NCBI GenBank assembly: GCA_030669345.1
Contig: DAOVDX010000001.1
Location: 1-45,145, forward strand
Origin: Methyloceanibacter sp.
Lineage (GTDB): Bacteria; Pseudomonadota; Alphaproteobacteria; Rhizobiales; Methyloligellaceae
DNA: 45,145 nt
Reading direction: 5' to 3'
Shown: in pieces, positions 32,276 to 39,709 of the stretch
How the letters are laid out: each line of letters starts with the position of its first letter
How positions within the stretch are numbered: position 1 is the stretch's first letter
Program-made: the position numbers and the translations under genes
The notes under the pieces: generated by a model
The model's input: the letters and a program-made list of their open reading frames with translations, nothing else
Database searches by the model: none
Told to the model about the DNA's origin: nothing

Positions 32276-33492
32276 TCGGCGGCCGAACGCACGGTGGATA
32301 GCGTCTCGGCGGCACGGGACAGCAGGCGCGTCGCCATCTCATCCTTGCTCATCGGCGCCCAGTCTTCGACGCCGACGCTCGTGACGAGATGCACGACGGT
32401 ACGATCGCCACCCATGATGCCAGTGCCGGCCGACACGTCATTGGCCACGATCCAATCCGCACCCTTGGCGCGTCGCTTGGCCGTCGCATTGGCCACCAGA
32501 TTTTCGGTCTCGGCGGCAAAGCCAATGACCATGTCTGGGCGCTGTGGCGACGGCTTAGCCAGGGTTGCCAGAATGTCGGGGTTCTGCGCCAGCGAGAGGG
32601 TGATGTCTCCGCCGCCCTCTTTCTTGAGCTTCTGCGCCGCTTCGTGCGACGCGCGCCAGTCGGCGACGGCTGCCGCGCAAATCGCGATATCGGCAGGAAA
32701 CGCGTCGAGCACGGCATCGAGCATGTCAAAGGCGCTCTCGACTTTGACCAGCGTCACGCCTTCGGGGTCGGGCAGCGCCACGGGACCGGTCACGAGTGTC
32801 ACACGCGCACCGAGACTTAAGGCAGCGCGGGCGAGTGCATAGCCTTGTTTGCCCGACGAGCGATTGGCGATGTAGCGCACGGGATCCAGCGGCTCGTGCG
32901 TCGGGCCCGACGTGATCAACACATGGCGCCCGCTTAAGGGGCCCACCTGCTTCACGCTCAGCAGATGCTCAATCGCATCGATGATCGCAAGGGGCTCGGC
33001 CATGCGCCCTGGTCCGTATTCGCCGCAAGCCATCTCGCCCTCGTCAGGCCCGACAAACTCAATGCCGTCGGCCCTGAGCGTGGCGATGTTCCGCCGTGTG
33101 GCCGGATGCTGCCACATGCGGATATTCATGGCGGGCGCAACGAGCACCCGCTTGTCGGTGGCGAGCAGCACGGTCGAGGCGAGGTCGGACGCGGTGCCCG
33201 TCGCCATCTTGGCCAGAAGGTCGGCGGTGGCCGGCGCCACCACGACGAGATCAGCCTCGCGCGACAGCCTGATATGGCCGATCTCCGCCTCGTCCTTGAG
33301 GTCGAAAAGGTCCGTGAACGTCTTGTCGCCGGACAGCACGGAGAAGGACAGCGGCGTGACGAATTCAGCGCCGCCCTTTGTGAGAATGACGCGCGCGCTC
33401 ACGCCCCGCTCCTTCAAGCGGCGCACGAGGTCGAGGCTCTTATAGGCGGCGATACCACCACCAACGACCAAGAGGATGCGCTTGCCGTTCAC
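32272..33492 (-). CDS. coaBC: Phosphopantothenoylcysteine decarboxylase/ligase
   Basis: [36 protein letters not shown] and GFAAET. GTG 33492 chosen as start. Confidence 0.95.
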   Translation of the reverse strand: MNGKRILLVVGGGIAAYKSLDLVRRLKERGVSARVILTKGGAEFVTPLSFSVLSGDKTFTDLFDLKDEAEIGHIRLSREADLVVVAPATADLLAKMATGTASDLASTVLLATDKRVLVAPAMNIRMWQHPATRRNIATLRADGIEFVGPDEGEMACGEYGPGRMAEPLAIIDAIEHLLSVKQVGPLSGRHVLITSGPTHEPLDPVRYIANRSSGKQGYALARAALSLGARVTLVTGPVALPDPEGVTLVKVESAFDMLDAVLDAFPADIAICAAAVADWRASHEAAQKLKKEGGGDITLSLAQNPDILATLAKPSPQRPDMVIGFAAETENLVANATAKRRAKGADWIVANDVSAGTGIMGGDRTVVHLVTSVGVEDWAPMSKDEMATRLLSRAAETLSTVRSAAE

Positions 33493-33585
33493 TTTCGTCT
33501 CTCTCAATACGTCATTCCGGCCTAGTCCTAGCGGACCGATCAGCAGACCCAACCATGACTATCATGCTGGGGTTAATGGCAAAAA

Positions 33586-35157
33586 TCAAAACAGAAGCCT
33601 TATGGCGATGGCCACAAGGGCGATGGCGCCAACCCAAATGCCAAGCCGGCTCCAGCGGTCGCGACGGCTCTGCGCCCCTGCCAGCCGCGCTACGCTCTGG
33701 TCATCGAGATGCAAGCCCTCTTCGGCCATGGTGGCGAGCGCGTCCATCGAACGCTCGGCCTGATCGAGAAGCTTCGGGATGTCGCCGACGAAGCGGCCAA
33801 CAGACTGGGCACTTTCCGCCGCCTGCTCAATGCGCGCGCCGGCGCCAAGCTGCTTCTCAAGCCACTCTTTGGTCACCGGTTCGGCCACGACCCACATATT
33901 AAGCTCGGGGTCGAGGCCACGCCCCACACCCTCGACCACCACCATGGTCTTTTGCAGCATGATCAGCTCGGGCCGCGTCTCCATGTCGAAGACCTCGGTA
34001 TATTGGAAGAGCTGGCCCAAGAGATGCGCCATGGAAATCTCGGACGCGGGGCGGTCCATGATGGGCTCGCCGATAGCGCGCAAGGCTTGGGCGAACTGCG
34101 CCACCGAATGTTTGTGCGGCACATAGCCCGCTTCGAAATGCACCTCGGCAACGCGGGTATAATTGCGGGTGACAAAGCCGTAGAGGATCTCGGCAAGGAA
34201 GCGCTGCTCCTTCATGCCTAGGCGGCCCATGATGCCGAAATCCACGGCAACGATGTCGCCATCCTTATCGACGAATAAATTCCCCGGATGCATGTCGGCG
34301 TGGAAGAAACCGTCCCGCAATGCGTGGCGTAGGAAGGTCTGCATCAGCCGTGCGCCGAGCTCTTTTAGGTCGCGACCCGCGGCGGCAATCTTTTCGTGAT
34401 CGCCAAGTGGAATGCCGTCGATCCATTCGAGCGTCATCACGCGCCGAGCGCTGCGCGTCCAATCCACCTTGGGCACGCGGAAGCCTTCATCGTCTTTGGA
34501 ATTTTCGGCCATCTCGGAGATGGCCGCAGCCTCCATGCGCAGATCCATCTCAATGGCGACAGACTTTGCCAGCGTGTCGACAATCGCCAAGGGCCGTAAA
34601 CGCCGTGACGGCGCATGGAACCGCTCGATCATACGGGCGGCGAAGAAATAGCTGTCGAGGTCTTTCTGGAAGCGGCGCTCGACTCCGGGGCGGAGCACTT
34701 TGACGGCGACGGTCTTCAACTTACCGTCCGGCCCCTTCACCTTGGCTTTGTGAACTTGGGCAATCGAAGCGGCGGCGACCGGCGGGCCGAACTCGACGAA
34801 CAGCTCATCGATGGGCGCCCCAAGCTCCGCCTCCACGGCCTTCACCGCCTCTTTTTGAGAGAAAGGCGGCAAGCGATCTTGGAGCGTCGATAGGTCTCGC
34901 GCTAGCTCGCGTCCAACAAGGTCGTCGCGGGTGGCAAGAAACTGGCCGAGCTTGATGTAGGAGGGGCCGAGCAAGGTGAGCGCCTTGGACAGCCGCGCCT
35001 GGTTGCCGGCCCCGTTCTTGCGCAAGGGTGACGTAGCGCGAGCAAACAGACCAAGCGGGCCTGGCAGATTGGCATGCTCGGGCAGCACGCGCGCGCCGCT
35101 CCAGCCAAGCATCACACCTGCTTTCGTCAGTCTCGCCATATTGGCAATGGCGTTCAC
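33586..35157 (-). CDS. ubiB: Ubiquinone biosynthesis kinase-like protein UbiB
   Basis: LGPSYIKLGQ, AAASIAQVH, VAVKVLRP, FFHADMHPGN and DFGIMG. Confidence 0.96.
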   Translation of the reverse strand: MNAIANMARLTKAGVMLGWSGARVLPEHANLPGPLGLFARATSPLRKNGAGNQARLSKALTLLGPSYIKLGQFLATRDDLVGRELARDLSTLQDRLPPFSQKEAVKAVEAELGAPIDELFVEFGPPVAAASIAQVHKAKVKGPDGKLKTVAVKVLRPGVERRFQKDLDSYFFAARMIERFHAPSRRLRPLAIVDTLAKSVAIEMDLRMEAAAISEMAENSKDDEGFRVPKVDWTRSARRVMTLEWIDGIPLGDHEKIAAAGRDLKELGARLMQTFLRHALRDGFFHADMHPGNLFVDKDGDIVAVDFGIMGRLGMKEQRFLAEILYGFVTRNYTRVAEVHFEAGYVPHKHSVAQFAQALRAIGEPIMDRPASEISMAHLLGQLFQYTEVFDMETRPELIMLQKTMVVVEGVGRGLDPELNMWVVAEPVTKEWLEKQLGAGARIEQAAESAQSVGRFVGDIPKLLDQAERSMDALATMAEEGLHLDDQSVARLAGAQSRRDRWSRLGIWVGAIALVAIAIRLLF

Positions 35158-35172
35158 GTCACATGCCTCATC

Positions 35173-35958
35173 TCAAAGCCGCCAGCCGGAATGGATCGCC
35201 GCGATGCCACCGGTGAGATTTCGATAACGCCCAAGCTCGAAGCCCGCATCTTCAATCATGCCCATGAAGCATTCTTGGTCGGGGAAGCGCCTGATGCTTT
35301 CCACGAGATAGCGATAGGACTCGGCGTCACCGGCCACGAGGGCGCCAAGCTGCGGGATCGCATTAAAAGAGTAAGCATCGTAAATCGTGTCCAACAGAGG
35401 CATCTCGACGCGCGCGAACTCCAAGCAGAGAAACCGGCCGCCGGGCTTCAGCACACGGAACGCCTCGGCCAGCGCCGCCTCGATATGGGTGACGTTGCGA
35501 ATGCCAAACGCGATCGTATAGGCGTCGAAGCTGGCATCGGGGAACGGCAAGGCTTCCGCATTGCCTTGGACGAAACTGAGGGGCTCATTGCCGGTGGCAC
35601 GCGTCCGGCCCGCCTCAAGCATCTCCGCACTGATATCGCAGATCACAGCGCTACCGCCCGCGCCGGCCTGCTTCAAAAAGCGAAAAGCGATGTCGCCCGT
35701 GCCGCCCGCCACATCGAGCAGGTCAAAAGCCGCGTCGCTTTTCGGCGGGCTCAGCGCATTCAGAAGGTCCGCCTTCCACAAGCGATGGAGACCGCCCGAC
35801 ATGAGGTCGTTCATCACGTCGTAGCGCCGTGCGACCTTGGCGAACACCTCGTTCACCAGGCCCTGGCGGTCGCTTTCGTCCACGGAGGCAAAGCCGAAGC
35901 TCGCCGCCGTATCGACGGAATCGTGGTTTTTTAGGTCCTCCGACATGCGGCGGACCAT
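35173..35958 (-). CDS. ubiE: Ubiquinone/menaquinone C-methyltransferase
   Basis: [36 protein letters not shown] and [10 protein letters not shown]. Start 35958 or 35946. Confidence 0.96.
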   Translation of the reverse strand: MVRRMSEDLKNHDSVDTAASFGFASVDESDRQGLVNEVFAKVARRYDVMNDLMSGGLHRLWKADLLNALSPPKSDAAFDLLDVAGGTGDIAFRFLKQAGAGGSAVICDISAEMLEAGRTRATGNEPLSFVQGNAEALPFPDASFDAYTIAFGIRNVTHIEAALAEAFRVLKPGGRFLCLEFARVEMPLLDTIYDAYSFNAIPQLGALVAGDAESYRYLVESIRRFPDQECFMGMIEDAGFELGRYRNLTGGIAAIHSGWRL

Positions 35959-36032
35959 AGCGTAAGGCCTGAGACCGCGCTATTGTTGCGATGCAATGAG
36001 GTTTATTCTGCGCTGCACTATGATGGGCCGCC

Positions 36033-36899
36033 ATGCCTGAGCTGCCTGAGGTCGAGACCGTTCGCCGGGGCTTGGAGCCCGTGCTCGTGGGCAACGGCTT
36101 CTCGCGCGTCGAGCAGCGGCGCTCCGATTTGCGTTTTCCGTTTCCGAAGCGTTTCGCCGAGCGCTTGGAAGGCCGCAACGTCGAGGCGCTGGACCGGCGA
36201 GCCAAATATCTCTTGGCGCGACTCGACGACGGCGAAGTGCTGGTCATGCATCTCGGCATGACGGGGCGCTTCACCATTGATCGCGATGCCGACACGAAAT
36301 CCGAGCGTCAGCGGAAAATACCGAAGCATGAGCACATCGTGTTCCATCTCACCGACGGCACGGCGATCCGCTACGCCGACACCCGCCGCTTTGGCCTGAT
36401 GGATCTGATCCCCGGCGCCACGCTCAACGACCACGCTCTGTTCAAGGGCCTTGGCGTTGAACCATTGGGCGAGGACCTGACGCCCGAGTGGTTCGCCGAA
36501 AAGCTGAAAGGCAAGGCCACGCCCATCAAGGCCGCGTTCCTCGACCAGAGGTTGATCGCCGGGATCGGCAACATCTATGCGTGCGAGGCGCTGCACCGCG
36601 CGGGCATCTCGCCCTTGAGGCTCGCCGGGACGCTGGCCACAAAATCCGGCAAGCCGACCAAGAAGACAGGCGCGCTGGTCGACGCGATCAAGTCCGTGCT
36701 GGTGAGCGCCATCAAAGCGGGCGGGTCATCGCTGCGGGATTATCGTGGCGCCGACGGCAAGCTCGGCCGCTTCCAACATTCTTTCAAGGTCTATGGCCGG
36801 GAGGGGAAACCCTGCCGAAAAACGGCATGCAGCGGCACGATCACCCGCGTCATCCAGAGCGGCCGTTCGACCTTTCACTGTCCAACCTGCCAAAAATAA
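36033..36899 (+). CDS. mutM: Formamidopyrimidine-DNA glycosylase
   Basis: MPELPEVET, RRAKY, HLGMTG, GIGNIYACE and C-terminal zinc finger. Confidence 0.97.
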   Translation: MPELPEVETVRRGLEPVLVGNGFSRVEQRRSDLRFPFPKRFAERLEGRNVEALDRRAKYLLARLDDGEVLVMHLGMTGRFTIDRDADTKSERQRKIPKHEHIVFHLTDGTAIRYADTRRFGLMDLIPGATLNDHALFKGLGVEPLGEDLTPEWFAEKLKGKATPIKAAFLDQRLIAGIGNIYACEALHRAGISPLRLAGTLATKSGKPTKKTGALVDAIKSVLVSAIKAGGSSLRDYRGADGKLGRFQHSFKVYGREGKPCRKTACSGTITRVIQSGRSTFHCPTCQK

Positions 36900-36913
36900 G
36901 GGAACCGACACTC

Positions 36914-37756
36914 ATGTCTGTCGAAGAGATCGCTAATGGCTCTGTCGAAGAGAACGCAAGCGGCGCCGATACGCCCGAGACAAACCCGTACGAGACGCTG
37001 ATCGTCACCACCGAAGGCAAAGTCGGGCTCATCACGCTCAACCGGCCGGAGGCGCTGAACGCTCTCAACGCGCTTCTCATCCGCGAACTCAACACTGCGC
37101 TGATGGATTTCGAGGCCGACTTAAATATTGGCGCCATCGTCATCACCGGCAATGAGAAGGCCTTTGCGGCGGGCGTCGACATCAAGGAGATGCACACCAA
37201 AACCTTTGTCGAAGCCTATGGCAGCGACTTCCTGGCGCCGTTCGACAAGATCGGCACGATCCGTAAACCAATCATCGCCGCGGTGGGTGGCTATGCGCTC
37301 GGTGGCGGCTGCGAGCTTGCCATGTCTTGCGACATCATCATTGCCGCCGACAACGCCGTGTTCGGGCAGCCCGAGATCAATCTCGGCATCATGCCCGGTG
37401 CGGGCGGCACCCAGCGGCTGGCCCGCGCGGTCGGTAAGGCCAAAGCCATGGAGCTTTGCCTCACCGGGCGGCAGATGCGCGCCGAAGAAGCCGAGCGTTC
37501 CAATCTGGTGAGCCGGGTCGTGCCTACCGCCGAATTGCTGGATGAGGCGATGAAGGTCGCCAGCAAGATCGCCAGCCTGTCTCAGCATGCGGTGATGATG
37601 ATCAAGGAAGCGATCGACCGGGGCTTCGCCACCACGCTGGCCGAAGGCACAAGGTTCGAGCGCGGCCAGTTCTATTCGCTGTTCGCCACTGAAGACCAGA
37701 AAGAGGGCATGGCCGCCTTCATCGACAAGCGGAAGCCTGCCTTCAAAAACCGCTAG
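36914..37756 (+). CDS. Enoyl-CoA hydratase (crotonase)
   Basis: LNRPEALNAL, AFAAGVDIKEM, GGGCELAM, FGQPEINLG and DQKEGMAAF; mutM-crotonase-rpsT synteny. Confidence 0.92.
   Translation: MSVEEIANGSVEENASGADTPETNPYETLIVTTEGKVGLITLNRPEALNALNALLIRELNTALMDFEADLNIGAIVITGNEKAFAAGVDIKEMHTKTFVEAYGSDFLAPFDKIGTIRKPIIAAVGGYALGGGCELAMSCDIIIAADNAVFGQPEINLGIMPGAGGTQRLARAVGKAKAMELCLTGRQMRAEEAERSNLVSRVVPTAELLDEAMKVASKIASLSQHAVMMIKEAIDRGFATTLAEGTRFERGQFYSLFATEDQKEGMAAFIDKRKPAFKNR
36917..36964 (+). repeat. 24-bp imperfect tandem duplication in the crotonase N-terminus
   Basis: TCTGTCGAAGAGATCGCTAATGGC / TCTGTCGAAGAGAACGCAAGCGGC, 20 of 24 identical. Confidence 0.8.
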
Positions 37757-37847
37757 GGCGTGCCCCTACGAGAGGCTGTTCTTCCCGGCGCAGCGCCTTG
37801 TCAACGTGATCTAAATCCCCCAGACTCTGGTTCTTGGGGGGCTAGAG

Positions 37848-38146
37848 ATGACGGCAAAGGTCACGGTTATCGCCTTCCATCGCGCCAAGCCGGCAAGGAG
37901 CAGGCGCTACGTAACGCCTTGCTTGCGGTTTGCGGCCCGACCCGCGCCGAGAAGGGCTGCATAAATTACGATCTCCATGTCTCACCCGACAACCCTGGTC
38001 TCCTTGTATTTCACGAGAACTGGGCGTCCAAAGCCGATCTCGATGCCCATCTCGCGTCCCCCCATATCGACGCCTTTCGTGCGGTCGCCGGCGATCTCTT
38101 GGCCGAGCCGCCGAATATCACCCGATGACACGAAACCAAGGGCTGA
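37848..38146 (+). pseudogene. ABM-family (YgiN-like putative quinol monooxygenase) gene with a frameshift and probable premature stop
   Basis: ATG 37848 gives MTAKVTVIAFHRAKP; one base is missing at ~37890-37894; the other frame continues GKEQALRN...TRAEKGCINYDLH...FHENWAS...HLASPH. TGA 38126-38128 is followed in frame by HETKG*. Confidence 0.8.
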
Positions 38147-38224
38147 GGCCCGGCACGCGTCATCCCGTTACCGGAGGGTTTGAATCTGAGCCAATCTTGG
38201 TCCCGGCGCCCGGTGACCTTGGAG

Positions 38225-38253
38225 TTGACGCTTTTAGGGGTGCTCGCTATAGA
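38225..38253 (+). promoter_or_regulatory. sigma70 promoter of rpsT
   Basis: TTGACG-N17-TATAGA, ending ~80 nt before the ATG. Confidence 0.7.
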
Positions 38254-38331
38254 GCACCCTAATTAGCGCTTCTCTCGCGCTTTCCGCCGCGACCTTCGCG
38301 GACCGAAAGCCGACTCAAGGATCTCAAAGAA

Positions 38332-38601
38332 ATGGCCAATACCAAGTCGGCGAAGAAAGCCGTTCGCCAATCTATCCGCCGGACCGCCGTTAACAAGACG
38401 CGCCGGACCCAGATGCGTAGTTCCGTCCGTAAGGTCGAAGAAGCGATTGCGTCGGGCAACAAGGAAGCCGCTCAGGCCGCCTTGAAGGAAGCCGAGCCCG
38501 TTATGGCCCGGACGGCCCAGCAGGGCATCCAGCATCGCCTGACCGCGTCCCGTAAGGTCTCTCGCCTCTCCAAGCGCATCAGCGCCATGGCGTCCGCCTA
38601 G
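38332..38601 (+). CDS. rpsT: 30S ribosomal protein S20
   Basis: [13 protein letters not shown]...TASRKVSRL. Confidence 0.96.
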   Translation: MANTKSAKKAVRQSIRRTAVNKTRRTQMRSSVRKVEEAIASGNKEAAQAALKEAEPVMARTAQQGIQHRLTASRKVSRLSKRISAMASA

Positions 38602-38680
38602 GTCAATAAACCGGCACTGTTGCTTGGACGCCACATGGGCTGCGCACGCTCTCGCGCGCCACATGTCAATTTGACGAATA

Positions 38681-38693
38681 TTTCAACTACTTG
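38681..38693 (+). promoter_or_regulatory. IHF-like site TTTCAACTACTTG
   Basis: One mismatch to WATCAANNNNTTR, with an AT-rich upstream flank. Confidence 0.45.
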
Positions 38694-38724
38694 ACGTTCC
38701 GCCAGCTGTGGGACGTGCCGGCGC

Positions 38725-38733
38725 TTATCCACC
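38725..38733 (+). promoter_or_regulatory. DnaA box TTATCCACC
   Basis: One mismatch to TTATCCACA. Confidence 0.5.
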
Positions 38734-38906
38734 GGCCTCCCCCTAAAAAAAAAAACTTTAGCCTAAAAATCGCGCTGAACCCCCCGCTTTTGGGGCTTTT
38801 TAAGACCTGCGGCGGTCGATTCACGCTTGCGGGACAGTGGCTTGGACTGCGCAATAGATCGCTTCACTGAGGGGTCTTACGGCGCCAGACGGCCCTATTC
38901 GCTCGC

Positions 38907-38935
38907 TTGCTCGGCCCATATTGCCTGTGTATAGT
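38907..38935 (+). promoter_or_regulatory. Putative sigma70 promoter for rhodanese-dnaA, overlapped by a DnaA-box-like 9-mer
   Basis: TTGCTC-N17-TATAGT. TGTGTATAG (38926-38934, one mismatch to TGTGNAWAA) overlaps the -10. Confidence 0.55.
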
Positions 38936-38958
38936 CTAGTCATCCGAACGGGGAAGTC

Positions 38959-39033
38959 CCCTCCTTACAATTGAGTATCTTGACCTTGGCCGTTCCAGGG
39001 ACAGGTTTTCCTTTGTCTTCGTAGTAAGGAGGG
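38959..39033 (+). promoter_or_regulatory. Structured 5' leader closed by a 10-bp perfect helix CCCTCCTTAC/GTAAGGAGGG
   Basis: Exact reverse complements at 38959-38968 and 39024-39033; internal hairpins CCTTGG/CCAGGG and GACAGG/TTTGTC. Confidence 0.5.
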
Positions 39034-39043
39034 ATGAACATCT

Positions 39044-39116
39044 TGTGCAATTCTTTTGCATAAGCTGTGGGTACTGCGGGTATAAGTTGTGTAAAGCCAC
39101 CATGAATTGTGGTCAA
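39044..39116 (-). promoter_or_regulatory. Phased array of degenerate DnaA boxes
   Basis: 9-mers at 39044, 39055, 39066, 39077 and 39088 (11-bp period) plus 39108, each with 1-2 mismatches to TGTGNAWAA. Confidence 0.6.
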
Positions 39117-39169
39117 CATAAAAACTGTTCTTGCGACGTGCTCACATTTTTAGGGGAGGAGGCACGATC

Positions 39170-39616
39170 TTGGGCGCGCAGTCTGGCGAAACCGCGACCG
39201 ACGAGGTTGATGTAGCGACGGCCTGGAAGGGCCTCAAGGCGAACCCTCGGTCGCAACTTGTCGATGTGCGCACCCGCGCGGAGTGGACTTATGTCGGGAT
39301 CCCCGATCTTGGGCCTTTAGGCAAACGGACTGTGCTCGTCGAGTGGCAGACCTTTCCCGATCAGTCCGTGGATCCGCGTTTCGCCGAGCGTCTCGCTAGT
39401 GAGTTGAAAGCGCTCGATGTCCAGTTAGACGACGATCTTTTTTTCATATGCCGTTCGGGAAGCCGGAGCCTGGCAGCAGCCAGCGCAATGGCATCGGCGG
39501 GGTACCGCGCCTGTCACAACGTTACGGAGGGGTTCGAAGGACCGCTCGACGACGAGAGACATCGCGGCTCCCTATTAGGGTGGAAAGCGATCGGATTACC
39601 CTGGCAGCAAGGCTAG
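39170..39616 (+). CDS. Single-domain rhodanese/sulfurtransferase
   Basis: LVDVRTRAEW, active loop ICRSGSRS, GFEG and GWKAIGLPW. TTG 39170 follows GGAGGAGG SD. Confidence 0.88.
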   Translation: MGAQSGETATDEVDVATAWKGLKANPRSQLVDVRTRAEWTYVGIPDLGPLGKRTVLVEWQTFPDQSVDPRFAERLASELKALDVQLDDDLFFICRSGSRSLAAASAMASAGYRACHNVTEGFEGPLDDERHRGSLLGWKAIGLPWQQG

Positions 39617-39709
39617 GAGCCGGTCCGCGTCAATCAAGTTGGCTGCTCCAGTGTGAAGCGTGCGGTGCGTAAAAGGCGCTAACGAGATGAATGGGAAAGA
39701 ACAAAAACC

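Noticed and set aside
36488-36913. N-terminal extension of the 422-aa ORF suggesting a fusion or overlap with mutM
   Set aside because: It is an alternate-frame read through mutM. Crotonase similarity begins after ATG 36914.
37760-37847. ORF-track start for an intact 122-aa ABM protein
   Set aside because: The first ~43 residues are non-homologous. The true N-terminus is in another frame from ATG 37848.
38671-38686. FNR/FixK box
   Set aside because: TTGA-N8-TCAA spacing does not match TTGA-N6-TCAA; the IHF-like reading fits better.
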